This document shows positions 1 to 13,772 of a stretch of 64,000 nt of DNA, piece by piece. Source of the DNA: Podarcis muralis (Eukaryota); assembly GCF_964188315.1 (NCBI RefSeq), contig NC_135666.1, positions 45,756,001-45,820,000 of the forward strand. Reading direction: 5' to 3'. The notes under the pieces are model-generated. The model did no database searches, was not told where the DNA came from, and saw only the letters and a list, made by a program, of their open reading frames with translations. The position numbers were made by a program, and so were the translations under genes. How positions within the stretch are numbered: the first letter of the stretch is position 1; every line of letters starts with the position of its first letter.

Positions 1-1400
1 TGATACCGTTCAAGACCATAGCACAGGAGGAGAGGGTATTCCAAGCCATTTTCTTAATGTAAATCCTCACCCCTCTTCCCATTACTGTTTGGAAACATTT
101 ATAGATACTAAGCCAACTCCTTAATTATATGAGAACTGGAAGTAGTCAACTCAGACTCCCTCCTAAAACCCACCAATGAAGGAGGCAGGAGAGCCAGTGC
201 TGTGACTTGTGCCCCAAAACTCCCATGCATTCCTTGTCTTTCTGCAAACTTCAGTGGTTAGCATTACAGCCAGCCAATCTGTGTTGCTAAACATCAGCTG
301 CTAGGAGGAAAGACCTTTGCCTGTGTTTGCTACAAGGCTCTTCTCCCTTTCAATACAACCGCACTGCTCCAGCATCTTTTGTGTGCTCACCATTTTTGAA
401 TTAAATGGAAGAAAAATGTTTTATGGAGGGAGGAAGTCAGGGCAGTAAATTATACTGACCATTTAAAGTTAAGACTTACGGCATGGTGGTGAGGAGAGGA
501 GAAATATCCCTGTCTTCCAAAGACTTTTCTCTCCCTACTTGAGTGGAGAGGGGTCTTCTGATCTCCTAGTGCTGGCTCTGGTTAAGCTTACTGAGATGCA
601 GTCCCTGAGTGCATGCCCTCCATTGTAGATGGGCCTTGAAGGCAAAAGGTTGCCCACTCCTGATTTAATCCAAGAATAGATTTTTTTAAAGGGCTTGATC
701 ACACACAAAAAATAGTCTCCATGTGTACAATTTTGGAATCCCAGATATTTCATATGCTGAACAGAAATGTCACTTTTTAAAGATTCCAGACAACTTTCCA
801 TTAAGGTACATCAGTTAGATATAGCATCAGTGTACGATACTGGCAATCAGTTAAGAGGTACTTCATGAAGCATGGCATTTATCACAGTGTCACAAGTTGA
901 ATTGCTTGTTCATTTTTCTCTATCCGCTTTTCATGTAGAATTTATTTCAGAGCATGATCAAAGCTTTACTCTTCATTAGATACTGCATTAGCTAATTTGA
1001 CTTTTGGCAACCCACATCCTTGTTCCTATTAAACTCCATCCATAAATTGAGATAAGGATTCTGCCAAAACATTTAAGAATTGCATGATGGAAATATACTA
1101 TTGGATGCATTATGCAACTGCATTCTAGACTGCTGGGTTGGTAAATTTGAAGTTAAGAAATGCTATCTTATATACTTGAAAATAAAAGATGGCGTTTTAA
1201 AGCACCTGAATATTGACAGAAATACGAGAAGAGAGAGCCTTAAGGTCCATTGATCAAGGATCAATGAATGAGCTGTCGTGTAATTTATTATGGCTGATTA
1301 GGGGTTTGTTCGTTCGTTGTATTTACATTTCTAATACTTGCTGGATACCAATTCATGTAGCTGCTTATCAAGAGTTCACCAGGTATTTTCACAGTTGTAA

Positions 1401-1740
1401 GGGACACAGGGGGCACTGTGGTCTAAACCGCAGAGCCTAGGGCTTGCCGATCAGAAGGTCGGTGGTTCGAATCGCCGTAATGGGGTTAGCTTCCGTTGCT
1501 CGGTCCCTACTCCTGCCAACCTAGCAGTTCGAAAGCACATCAAAGTGCAAGTAGATAAATAGGTACCGCTCCAGCAGGAAGGTAAACAGTGTTTCCATGC
1601 GCTGTTCTGGTTCGCCTGAAGCAGCTTAGTCATGCTGGCCACATGACCCGGAAGCTTTCTGCTGACAAACGCTGGCTCCCTCGGCCAGTAAAGCGAGATG
1701 AGCTCCGCAACCCCAAAGTCGTCTGCGACTGGACTTAATA
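1401..1740 (+). mobile_element. Sauria SINE, lacking the ACCTTT tail
   Basis: tRNA-like head (gggacacagggggcactgtgg ... ggttcgaatc B box) and body ctagcagttcgaaagcac...gtagataaataggtacc shared with four other copies in the window. Confidence 0.9.
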
Positions 1741-3944
1741 GATTTTCAGGATACTGCATTGTTTCCAAAATAGTACCATGCTTTTGCTACAGTTGTGCAC
1801 AATCACAGGACTCTCAAAGCATTGAATATGTTTGCACATCAGCATACTGGATTAGTTTCTATGTCAGCAGGAACTTTGAATCCAAAGGACCATGTTTAAA
1901 GTTCTGTTTGAGCTCAGAGGCTTTTTCCTGGCCGTCTCTCATGCCCCCCTGAAGGCTGGGTATACTCTGGAATAGTTTTGGGGCTGCAACCAATGGTGAA
2001 AATAATGAAAACCGATCTCCCCCGCATAGAGTGCCAAAAGGGCATGTTGGATCCATGATATAGATACCGGGCGAACTATTTTGTTCTTCACACTTGAAGA
2101 GATAAAATAACATGTCAAAATTGTTTTAGTAAATATGGTAATCATCCATGATAAAGTTACGAAAGTTTTAAGCAACACCCACTCCTCTTATCAGTCTGGT
2201 ATCCTGGGCATGACTGATAATTAGAATTAACATAGAAATCGGTCCAGATGCTAAGATGTGTTGAAATTGAGTAAGACTGTAGTCGGTAGTCTGCTGTGAA
2301 TTACAAGAACATTTTCTGTGGTTTGGTTGGTCTCTTAGTTGGCGACACGAAAGCGATCTTTTGCTTTAATAGTGTTGTTTCTCATTCTAAGCCCTTGCAG
2401 AGCAGCACTATTCTAAATTGCGAGACTTAAAGTCATTCTGCTTTTCAAACACATGTTCTACACGATGATTACAGGGTGTATGTCTTGGTATGAGGAAAAC
2501 AGGATAGAATTAACATGGCTCCCTGGTGTCAACACTAAAATATCCTCCTATTTTGCCATCTGCCAAATGGGTAAGAAGCACAATGTCAGTGTCTCTTTCA
2601 CCCTTGATAATTGCAGCACTATCAAACTCTTCGTGGACTTCTGCCAAGTGCTCAGAGAGCCAGTGGAGCTGGCCTGTTCTGCAAAAAATTACCGCCATGA
2701 GCAACAGGAGCAGCTGTGTTTCCTCATCAGTGTGTCCCTCAACTTTGCAAAAAAATTAGATATGAATTCTTGGAATTTTGAGCAGCTAATTTGATTTCTA
2801 CAGTGACAGCCAGCCACTATTGCATAGAGAAAAATAAGATCAACCCAGTTATCAAGAGAGGTTAGGAAGGAGTGTGTTCAGGAAGGAAATCTAATTGAAA
2901 CTCTGTTATAAACTGTTGGTGGTTGCTGAATTAGTAACAATCTAACTTATTTATGATTTTATTTTGAAAACTTGTACCAAAGCAAATTCAATGTTGCTTA
3001 CAATCCAAAACATCAAAACAACAATGAACTATAACGCACCCCATTAACATTGCTAGTATTAACATCGAAGTCAAGCCTCCATAACAGAATCCTAAGCAGC
3101 CATCCAAACTAAGGGCTCGTCCAACACTTTCGCTTGTCCCGCTGCTTTCCCCCAGGAAAACCCACTGCATCAGAACAAACATCAATCAGTTTTTCAGCAG
3201 ACTAATGTTTGTTCTGATTCAGTGATAAACAGTGGCTTTTCCGGGGGAAGTGGTGGGACATACAAAAAATAAAATAAAAAATAAACCGTCTTGGACCTGT
3301 GCCTCGAAAACATGGAACAAGCAGAAAACATCTTGGACCTCTGCTTTCTAGGTATGGGACGAGCAAAAGTGCGGATGGGCTCTAAGAAATGAAAGATAAA
3401 CCAGCAAAAACAAAACAATCAGCTAAAGCAACCTTTTAAAACAGCCACATTTTTACCAGCCACCTAAAACAATATAGGGATGGGGCCTAGCATACCTTGC
3501 TTGCCTCGACATAATCCCTGTTACGAGGTCAAGATTCCGACTTATAAAACCTATATGCAGAGTTAATAGGGCACTCATTTGTATATTGTATATTTACAAA
3601 CAAGAAATTAATGATCAAATTGGGCATGGTGCCGCATAGAGCACATTGGGATTTTCATTTTATTTTACTTAATAGCAGGTGCCAGAGAGGGGAGGCTTTA
3701 TCTCAGAACTGCAGCACAAAAGGAGGAGGGAAGGTTTAACTTTTCTCTTCCCAGCCATGATCCCGACTGAAGTGCCTCTCACACACTGCTGTTAGCCCTA
3801 GTTTCTGCTTTTCCCTCAGCACCCGTAAAGAAACGACAAAGTCCCCAAAGCAGCATGTGTGTGAATTTCACTTTGTGATTTGAAGCAGTCAGTCAAACCT
3901 TTAGCCACAGTCTTCTGGTTTCTCGTAAAATGCAAATAGGAATA

Positions 3945-4140
3945 CAGTGGAACCTTGGTTCTCAAACATAATCCGTTCTGGAAGTCTGTTCCGACTTCTG
4001 AAACGTTCGAAAACCAAGGCATGGCTTCTGATTGGCACAGGTCCCCTGGAAACAATAGCTGACAGCTGCATCAGATGTTCGGGTTCCGAAAAACATTTGA
4101 AAACCGGAACGCTTATTTCCGTGTTTTTGACGTTCAGGAG
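3945..4140. mobile_element. Tigger-like MITE, right end missing
   Basis: TA|cagtggaaccttggttctcaaac start; body similar to the 15427 and 51258 copies; abuts the hAT-like MITE at 4146. Confidence 0.75.
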
Positions 4141-4145
4141 CTGAA

Positions 4146-4276
4146 CAGGCACCCCTAAACTTGGCCCTCCAGCTGTTTTGGGACTACAACTCCCATCACC
4201 CCTACAGGACCAGTGGTCAGGGATGATGGGAATTGTAGTCCCAAAACAGCTGGGGGGCCAAGTTTGGGGATGCCTG
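4146..4276. mobile_element. Palindromic hAT-like MITE
   Basis: Whole-element inverted symmetry (caggcacccctaaacttggccc...gggactacaactcccatc / gatgggaattgtagtccc...gggccaagtttggggatgcctg). Same family as 28928; no TSD match. Confidence 0.8.
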
Positions 4277-4447
4277 ACCTAGAATAATGCAGAAAAATTG
4301 CTGTTCACTTGTGTTGCTGATAATGTTCATGTTATACTTATCCCTTGTGCGTTTTTAATCATTGATGATAATTTCTGCACACAAATACATGCACTCATAA
4401 CGGAATGGTATTCTGTTTATCTCTTCTCTCCTTGTTCCCCTGACCAG

Positions 4448-4564
4448 CATTTAGCACTAGCTGTGAAATTTCTTATGGCATATGCGATTGCTGATAAACC
4501 ACGAGACATCCAGATAAAATTGGCAAGGCTGGAATTTGAATCTCTGGAGGCACTCAAGCAGCAG
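4448..4564 (+). CDS. ANO10: ANO10 (anoctamin-10/TMEM16K) penultimate coding exon
   Basis: 117-nt phase-0 exon between a pyrimidine tract plus tgaccag and a gtaaga donor. Encodes [39 protein letters not shown], which I recognise as the ANO10 last TM helix/C-terminal region. SNRK nearby matches known ANO10-SNRK synteny. Confidence 0.95.
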
Positions 4565-7500
4565 GTAAGAACTAAGAATATTGTAAGAATATTGCAGGTG
4601 AGAGAAAGATGGAAATTGTCACTACTATCCTTTGTTCTTACTGAGTTTTGTTACATACCCTTAAAACATCCAGTCCCTTAAAATAATTCATAATGCATTA
4701 TTGCTACCAACTTTCAGTTTTTAATGGTGTAAGTGATGGCTCAGCCGTATGGATACATGCCAATATATACAAGACCATTTCTTCTCTTGGCATTTAATGT
4801 CTACTTACAATGTCAAAATAAAGGGGTATTTCTAGTGCCAATGCACATGCATTGAGTCCTGCATTTGAGGCCACATTATTTGTCATTAACTCTTGTCTTT
4901 TCAAACTTGCCTAGGAGGCACATCAACTTTCTCAGCTTCTCCTGCTAAATTGCTCTTGTTATAGGTCCATCTCCCCAGCCTTCCCCAGCTGTCACTGTAC
5001 TGCTAAGACAAAGCAATTTGTTGTTAATTTGGATTAAAGCAGCCCAAAATAATTTGGATAACTCAGCAGTAACAAAAACAGTTACATCTCAATAATATTA
5101 AAATCTCTCATAATAGAATACCCACACCTCTCTTGTTCTGCCATCTCTGTACTACCACAGACCAGTGACCAGAAACCCAACTAAACAGGAAAACTTAAGC
5201 TGGCTTCCAGAAAAAGTCGGGCTTGTGCTTTTGAGGCAGGGAGGATACTATAAATGTAGAGCAAATGCTGAGGCTGCTTCTTGCAGGCAATTTTTCCTGT
5301 TGCTGCTGATCTACTTAAGTTATTTTTAAAAACAACAGCTTTGTGCTTCTCTCATTCCTTAGGGCTTCTCTTCCCTTTCCTGGGATTGAAGAATTTAATA
5401 GTCTCAGAGTTAAGAAATATCTACCTGAACATTATCTACAGGTCCAATTAGCATGTATAAGACATTAGCTATTGTTTTCTCCAGGCTGATGTATTCAGCC
5501 TTTGAAGAATTATCCAATTATTGGCAGCTTCTACTGAAAAAGCCATCCAAATTGATGGTATTATACATACATGCAAATGCTAATAACTGACTTAGGAAGA
5601 GTGAGCATGGAAATTTGAGACCATTCCACAGGGAAGCAGCCTCATCAGTTTTCAGATGAGATTCAGATACATCCTAATTCCAGTGGCTTGGAAAAAAGGG
5701 AGATCCCTAGAAGGTTTTGCATATGCTTTAACTAGATGTGCCTTATATCTGAATGCTGTCAGAAGTTCCATTTGAGGCATTTCTCTTCCAATTCTTGGTG
5801 TGTGTTCCCATCCAGGTCAGGGCTCTCTTCCGCAGTAACTGCATATCAGGCTGAAGATTGAATCTAAGGTGTTACTGCTCAATTTTGCCTTCCTCAGATG
5901 CATTTATTGAGAAGAAACCATGGCTAGACAGCAGCTTTGCATAATATTACAAGAGCAGGATTGTAAACCTACTGGAGCTCTTCCTTTTCACTGCATTAAA
6001 AGAGGGGAAAGTAGGTCACCCATTGAAACCTTAAACACACAAGTTATTCTAGTCACCTTTGGGTTAGAGAGTATAAAACATAATGCCAACTTCAATTTAC
6101 TGAATCTTTCAGTCCGTAACTATTTGATTCCAGTTAAGGATATTTTCCTCAATTTTTGAAGTGTATCCCCATCATATTTGTCTAAGCCCCAAGAATTCAG
6201 ACATGGCTTAGAAATTATTTGGTGAGCTGAGCCTCCTGAATATTAATGAAAGCTAAGCTGGCACTCTGTTGATTTGGTAGGCAGCCCTGTGGCAGACTCA
6301 CCTAACATGGCACTGGTTTCATTCCCCCTGTCTCCACCTTAGTACACCTATGGTCAGAGATGAAGCCCCCACTAGAATATTTATAATTAGCCATTGCTTT
6401 CATTTTTTACTTTTGCAGATGTCTCTTGATTGTGTTCTGTACTGTGGGCTTATCCACCCTTCCTCTTGTCCACTGCTTTCCCCACCGGGGAAACTGCTCT
6501 TTAGCGCCCAGTCGGAGCAAACAGCAACCAGATTTTCTGTGAATTGTCCTTTGTTCTGATTGAGGCCTTCTCCACATTTACCTTTTGCCTTGCTCTTTCC
6601 AGACACAGGCCTGGACTTTAAAGCTCTGTGTCAAGAGCCTGGGGTTTTCTTGGCCCAGAACTTTTCCCGTGGAAACCAGAACTTTAGCACTTAATCGGAG
6701 CAGATTGAGCTTTAAAGAGTGAATTTTCCGGGGAAAGCTCCAGAGCAAAAAGAAAAGAAAAGTGTGTGTGTTTGGAGTTTTAAAGTGCAGACTGTGCCTA
6801 GAAAGAACGGAGAACATGTAAGTGTGGATAAGCCCTTAAAGCTAAAGAGCAGGTTTTCCCTGGGAAAGGAACAGGGCAAATGGAAAATGCCTCAGTCCCA
6901 TCTCTAGTGTGGGTCAAGCAGAAAACTACTTGGACCAGTGCTTTATAAACACGGGACATGAAGAAATGTGGACAAGCCCAGCCTTTAAGCATTTGAGTTT
7001 TTAGTTAATGTAGTGAAGTAAAATGATTATATGAGCTGTCACTCATTGCTCCATTTCTCTCGATATGGACAAATTACATCGGTGCATGCTAAAGTAATTG
7101 AATGACTCGAGCACTTAGACATTGTTTTTAAAGAACGTTCTCACAAAATTATCACAGAATAATTTCCATCATCTTTTACAAAGCTGTCTGCAAAAAGTAT
7201 ACTGTCATCTGCAATGGGCTTATATGGAAATTAGGAATGTTTTTAATTGTATATATTTCTAAGCATGCAGTGCAAAATTGGCAGCACTAGCTCATCCGTA
7301 AGTCACTTGGATTAAATTTGGCAGTGCTGATTTTAAAGGAGATGGGAGAAGATGATGTCAAAACTGTTCTACCTGGGGTAGATGGGCCTGTTGTTTACAT
7401 GCCAGTATTTCCCGGAGAGCACTGTACATTTTGAAATGGGTGGGTGTTTCTCAAGGCATGAGAATACTATTCTCCCTTTTGATTTTTATGGCGTATATCA

Positions 7501-8726
7501 TAGTCAATGCCAATGTACAAGCGCAGACATGTTCAGCATCTAATATATAGAATGCTTATCAGATCTAGGTGAGAAGAAAAGTCCTTGTTTTCTGCTTTAG
7601 CTTGTTTGTTGCCTAAAGTGGGTCTGCTTGTGTGTAACTTGCAGTAATCAGGTGCCCTGTCCTTGCATCACAGTGTTTGGAATGTATGTAGTATTGCGGA
7701 AGCAGTTAAGAGAAGAAAAAACATATTTCAACCCACCATTAAGACGTAGGCTGCAGTTCAGTTTAAAGTGAGCTCAATCCTATTGAAATGAGTATTAAAC
7801 ACATTTCACTCTAGTTCAGTTTGTTCCCACAGATTTGAAGAAATGCAAAGTACTGATATGGGATATCAGTTTCTTATAAATTATTTTTCCCTGTTACGGT
7901 TTAAAAACAAATAGCTGGTGAGTAGTATTGCACCAGAGGCAGATTTTGGGCAGTGCGACCGATTCTGCCACACTGGGCGCCTGAACTCTGACATAGTGAA
8001 TTGAGCAGAACAGAAGGTGAGAGGTGGGGGCACGATGAATTTTGGACAGGGTGCTGCTGAAATTTGAAAGACCAAAGTCGGCCCCTGATCGCACCACTTT
8101 CATTTTTATGATACGGGACTCAGCACAGTTGTGAATGAGGACTTCCTTAGCTCCGCCCCGTTAAGCTGAATGGAAGTGAAACAGAAGATCATGACATTGT
8201 TGTTCCACTCTTCTATTTATAGGGAATAATTAAGACCGCGGTAGAGAGGAAGATGGTCAGAGGCAATGTTGCCGTGAGGACAATAGTGCTCTTGTTTCTT
8301 TCTTTGAGCTGTTGTGAGCTTGTAACACTGGTGTTGCTATCCATGTTTTCCTCTTTCTGTGCTGTATTGTCACCGTATTTATGCTGAGTTGAACTGTACT
8401 GAACTGGTGCCAGCATTGTTTTCAGTCACCAGTGTAATGCACCAAGTATTTTGTAATCTTTCATATCAACTCTGTGGCCTGGGCTATTAATATCTATGTC
8501 TGACAGATGAAGAACTGTAGCTGAGGAATCATAATGCCTAGAGTTGTCCAGAGGATTTCGAGCCCCTCTGGCTCTTCTGTTTTACTTAACTTTAATATAC
8601 ACCAGTTTCATTTAATGTAAGAGAATCTTGCTAGGGCTGCTATGGTTCAGTATTCCTTCTCGGGGACGAACAGAGAGCCTGCTGTATCAAGTGCCACTCT
8701 CACTGCCACTGTGTAGGTAAGGGATA

Positions 8727-9079
8727 AAAAGGTAAAGGGACCCCTGACCATTAGGTCCAGTTGTGGCTGACTCTGGGGTTGCGGCGCTCATCTCGCTTTA
8801 TTGGCCGAGGGAGCCGGCGTACAGCTTCCAGGTCATGTGGCCACCATGACTAAGCTGCTTCTGGCGAACCAGAGCAGTGCACAGAAATGGCGTTTACCTT
8901 CCCGCCGGAGCGGTACCTATTTATCTACTTGCACTTTGAGGTGCTTTCGAACTGCTAGGTTGGCAGGAGCAGGGACCGAGCAACGGGAGCTCACCCCGTT
9001 GCGGAGATTCAAACCGCTGACCTTCTGATCGGCAAGTCCTAGGCTCTGTGGTTTAACCCACAGCGCCACTCGCATCCCT
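8727..9079 (-). mobile_element. Full-length Sauria SINE
   Basis: Head at 9079 and (ACCTTT)n tail at 8727. Flanked by near-identical 11-bp direct repeats ggtaagggata (8716-8726) and ggtaagagata (9080-9090). Confidence 0.95.
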
Positions 9080-10738
9080 GGTAAGAGATACAGCAGAGTA
9101 AATGGCATGGTGGTCTTGCCCATAGCCACTGCAGGGGAGGTAAGCTTCAACCAGCACCCTGTGCTTGGATACTTCACCTAGGTCATGTGACACAATCAGA
9201 TCAGTGAGAGGATGGCTCTGCCAAAGCCTGATCATTTCAGGGCAGGCTATGATCATCCAGATCATGTGATAGAATTAGGCCAATAGAAGGGCACCTTTAC
9301 CTAGCCTGTTCGACAGGCTGCCCCTCAATTGCATTTGAAATCTGCATGTGTATCAATTGCATACGTACCAATATCATCAAGCAGTTGTTTGTATGAGTGC
9401 AGCAGCCATAGCTTTCCTATCACCCCAAGTTTCACATCACCTCAAACCAACGTACTTACAGTGGAGGCAACTCATATATTTAGTGGTGAGACACTGAGTG
9501 TGTTATGATGGGCATCTTTTGATTAGTCCTCTGAGAGGGAAGGCATTCTGCATCGGCTAGATTGGTTAGCATTTTCCCTTTGGAAAGCTGAGAGTTGGAC
9601 CCTGAAAGCAGAGGTGTCACTTATTTGTGGATAGCATGTTTAGTGTTCAGATTCAATCCTCAGCATCTTTTAACTAAAAATCCCAGGTGGCCAGAAACAC
9701 CAGTAAACCCCTGTTAACAGTACTGAGCTCAGCTGTTCCATTGCTTTGGCTCAATATAAAACAGTGCTCCCTAAATTAAGATGTGCACCCCAAAACCTGA
9801 AAGATAAAAACTTTAACTTAGCTAGTCTTGATAGCATTTTTCTTTTGCTGAACTTTGTGTTACCTGCCAGTGATAACAGGATATGTGAGATAACACCAAG
9901 TGCATGGGGCGTGATGATAAAATTAGGTCTGTAATGAGGGATAATTGAGAATTAGCATCAAAACTTTTAATTAAATATGTGTGAAACTTATGTAATTAGT
10001 TATTTCCTGTTGATGGAATTGTGAAAAAAACCTTTCTAGAAAGTTGAGGTTTTCTTCTCAGATTGTTTGACCTCTTCCATGACATTGGGTAACTGTAGGT
10101 ACACCTTGATGCACTTAAATAATCATTGCTAAGATACATTTCTGTCAGTCTTAATATCTGATCTATATCCTAATGATAATATTTAAAATTAAAATTCTCT
10201 TATTGCCCTAGAGAGTGTGCATCATGGTTCTATAGGAAAATATGAAGCCGGACAACAGAAAAAGTCTGGGTGGTTTCAGTGAACTATTAAAGATGTCTAG
10301 TTATCATGAATATAGTAATGCCAAATGGTTTCATATTAAAACCATTAGTTTTGGAAATTGAGGAAAGTGTTTACAAAGCATTGAGAGTAGGATTTCCAGG
10401 AAGGTAAGGTATACATGGTGGGGAGAGGCATTCATACAGCCGCCCTGTCCCCAGTCAATGAATGTACTTAAAATATCAAAATAAGCACTTTGAAGAGGTT
10501 GTGGAAACTGATTGGAAGCTAGTGGAGATGGCAAAGTGCTAGCTTAGTGTGTTCATATTGCTCCGTCCTGACTTGCAATCTCCCATATTCCAGACTAACT
10601 AAAGTTTTTGGACAGTTTTCCAAACCATCTCCATGTACAGCGGATTGCTGTCATCCAAACAAGTAGTTAACAAGGCACTGATTGCTAAAGTAAGACTCTG
10701 TTCAGGTAGAGTTCTATATCAGTCATATCAGGCTAAAC

Positions 10739-10869
10739 CAGTGTTTCTCAAACTTGGGTCTCCAGCTGTTGTTACCGTAGACTACAACTCCCATCATCAC
10801 TGGCCCTGCTAGCTAAGAATGAGGGGATTTGTAGTCTAACAGCTGGAGACCCGAGTTTGAGAAACACTG
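10739..10869. mobile_element. Palindromic hAT-like MITE
   Basis: cagtgtttctcaaacttgggtctccagctgtt ... aacagctggagacccgagtttgagaaacactg. Confidence 0.82.
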
Positions 10870-11409
10870 AACTGATAAAAGGTGCTTTGATCCACCAAGA
10901 TAGCTGATAGAGAGGGACCATTGAACACACCAATCTACAAAAACACACCAATCTACAAAATCCAGAACAGATTGAACACCACTAACCCTAACCACTAACA
11001 AGACTAACCTTGTCTGCATTGAGCTCCATTTTGCTTAGTATTCTCCTCTCTCTCCTTTCTTTTCCAGTGTGGCATAGCCTTGTTCCTATTTGGGAGGCAG
11101 CAGTTAGCTTCTGCTTTCTCTCCTGTTGTAGATCAGCAGCTGGGGAGGAGATGGCGAACGCCAACAACCACCAGCTCTGTCAGTTTTCACGAGTAATTGT
11201 TATTTATTAAAAGGTGCTATACTGTACAGTAATTCAACAATATAGACAAAATGACAATTAAAAGAGAACAAAAACAAAACCACACAGTAGCATTAAAAAC
11301 CCATCAAAAACCAGGATAAACAAAATGTTCGTTGCAGCTTTCTTAAAGCTAGGCAAAGGAGTCAGCTTGGTCTCGCGAGGACTTAATGTGCTGTAACTCC
11401 ATGCTCCAA

Positions 11410-11590
11410 AACTTCCAGATTTGATGGTTGCAACATGCTCTACATGGGCCTACCATTGGAGATGACTTGGGAACTTCAGTTGGTCCAAAATGCCGAAGCC
11501 AGATTACTAGATCTCACATAACCCCTGTTTTAAAACAGCTGTGTTTTGGGGCCCAATTCAAGGTGCTGACTTTGGTGTTTAAAGCCTGAA
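11410..11590 (+). mobile_element. Old L2-type LINE ORF2 fragment
   Basis: Degenerate second copy of the ...cttcagttggtccaaaatgc...ggcccaattcaaggtgctg segment seen in the adjacent L2 copy. Confidence 0.55.
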
Positions 11591-11744
11591 GTGACTCAGG
11601 CCCAAATAATCTGCTATAGACCTCAAAGCCTGACTGAGGACTTGGATGATACCTTCCTAGAGTAGATAATACGTTACTTCTAAGTGCCACTGTCCACTGA
11701 AGGGCTAACTGCATGTAAAGTTGCTTATCACAGCAGTGGCCCAG

Positions 11745-12393
11745 AGTGCCTTTCACCAGCTTTATGGACAGAGATAGCCTAACTACTGTGGTCTATGCTC
11801 TGGTAACTTCAAGGTTAGATTACTACAATGTGTTATACATAGGACTGCCTCTGAAGACGGTTCAGAAACTTCAGCTGGTGCAGAATTCAGCAGCCAGGTT
11901 GCTCACTGGAGCAAGATGGTTTGAGCATGTTACACCAATCCTGATCTGACTGCACTGGCTACCAATTAGTTTCCGGGCCCAATTCAAAGTGCTGGTTTTG
12001 ACCTTTAAAGTCTTAAACGGCTTAGGACTGCAATACCTCTTTCCACATGAACCTACCCAGACCCTGACATCATCTTCTGAGGCCCTCCTTCGTGTGCCCC
12101 CTCCTCGAGAGGTGCAGAGGGTGGCAACACGAAAATGGGCCTTCTCTGCAGTGGCTCCCTGTCTGTGGAATGCTCTCCCAGGGAAGTTCGCCTGGTGCCT
12201 GCATTACACACCTTTAGGCGCCAGGCAAAAACGCTCCTTTTAAACCAGGCCTTTGGTTGACTTGATGGACATCCTATACCCTTTTAAAATGTGTTTTTTG
12301 GGGGAGGGGGCTACAGGGTTATTGTTTTTGTTTTTATTTTATATATTGTGATCTTTTCTGTGAACTGCCCTGAGACCTCTGGGTATAGGGCAG

Positions 12394-12434
<41 letters not shown>

Positions 12435-12455
12435 GAATAAGAATAATAATAATAA
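11745..12455 (+). mobile_element. L2-type LINE 3' fragment with (AAT)n tail
   Basis: Peptide RLDYYNVLYIGLPLKTVQKLQLVQNSAARLLTG...HWLP...AQFKVLVLTFKVLNGLG (with stops) is typical of L2 ORF2 C-termini. Confidence 0.88.
12396..12455. repeat. (AAT)n microsatellite (L2 tail)
   Basis: Direct reading. Confidence 0.95.
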
Positions 12456-13433
12456 TGTTCAGTTTAGTTTTTGCTGTTAATAAAAAGCCTCAGAAGGGAG
12501 GAATTTGGAGCAGAGAAATAGCATTGTTGGTCTCTTGTGCCAGTTGTACCTTTGCTGCAGCTTTCAGGCCAAGAGCCTTCCACAATGCATTGATGTGTTC
12601 AGGGCCTGAAAGCTGGTACTTTCATAATTATTTCTCTTGGATTCTGGTAGTTGCATCTATCAAATATCAACAAATCTTGCCATTTTAACCTGTTGGTCAT
12701 GTTATGGAGCATATTACTGTATTTAAACTTCAGTCAGTTTTATGCCTCAAATGAACTGTGATGATCACCTGTTTTGACTTCCTGCATGACCCAGTAGCTC
12801 ATCAGAGCTACAACACCAGGATATGCTTGAGGCTTTAATCATGTGTCTGTTCAGTTGAGACACTTTATGACTTCAGCCTTATATAATGCAATAATATATT
12901 CACTGTTGTGGTCACACCAGTGCATCCTACGCAGTCTGAATAAGGGTAGCATAGTGCTATTCCTTTGTCTGTGCTGCAAACTGTTCCTTTCTACGCAGGC
13001 GTCTTTTATTCACAGCAAACTCATCTGACTATAAACAGCCACTTCTCCCCCGGGCAGCCAAACCTAAAGTGTTTGTCTCCTTGGGTATGCGTAATATTTT
13101 GAAGCAAACCCTAAATGTATTGGGACAGCGGTGGGGTTAAAAAGAAATATTTCTAAGACCTTGTTTTAATGTTGAAGCCATGTAGTCTGCTACTTTCAAA
13201 ATAAAGGTCATCCTGTTCACTCAGATTGTATGATTGGCTATTAATTAAAAGGGCCTAGTAATGTCTATAATTTAGCATCCATCCCTGAAATATCGTTATC
13301 AAAGCAGTAAGGGACATGGATTGAGACATATTATATATATTTTTAGAGATTAGAAGGTGGTAGGATGCAACCATAGTTGTTTATGTTGTGTTTTCTTGGT
13401 TTATCTCTCTTTACAAGTCTTGCAGGTTTTTAT

Positions 13434-13772
13434 GTTGTTGTTTAGTCATTTAGTCGTGTCTGACTCTTTGTGACCCCATGGACGAGAGCATGACAGGCAC
13501 TCCTGTCTTCCACTGCCTCCCGCAGTTTGGTCAAACTCATGCTGGTAGCTTCGAGAACACGGTCCAACCATCTCGTCCTCTGTGGTCCCCTTTTCCTTGT
13601 GCCCTCAATCTTTCCCAGCATCAGGGTCTTTTCCAGGGAGTCTTCTCTTCTCATGAGGTGGCCAAAGTATTGGAGCCTCAGCTTCAGGATCTGTCCTTCC
13701 AGTGAGCACTCAGGGCTGATTTCCTTAAGAATGGAGAGGTTTGATCTTCTTGCAGTCCATGGGACTCTCAAG
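13434..13772 (-). mobile_element. RTE-BovB LINE 3' fragment
   Basis: Minus-strand peptide PWTARRSNLSILKEISPECSLEGQILKLRLQYFGHLMRREDSLEKTLMLGKIEG...RWLD...VHGVTKSQTRLND is the BovB ORF C-terminus; (CAA)n tail. Confidence 0.93.

Noticed and set aside
535-870. Minus-strand ORF with a KYLG motif next to a caggagtgggcaacc hAT-like end
   Set aside because: Probably decayed L1 and hAT remnants, too degenerate to delimit or name.
2453-2794. 113-aa ORF on + and an overlapping 64-aa ORF on - with coding-like composition
   Set aside because: No similarity to ANO10 exons or any family I recognise, and no convincing splice-site pair. It may be conserved non-coding DNA, but I cannot support that.
10340-10410. 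Strong donor aag|gtaagg suggesting a cryptic ANO10 exon
   Set aside because: The upstream acceptor lacks a pyrimidine tract and the phase-0 frame stops early; isolated donors are common.
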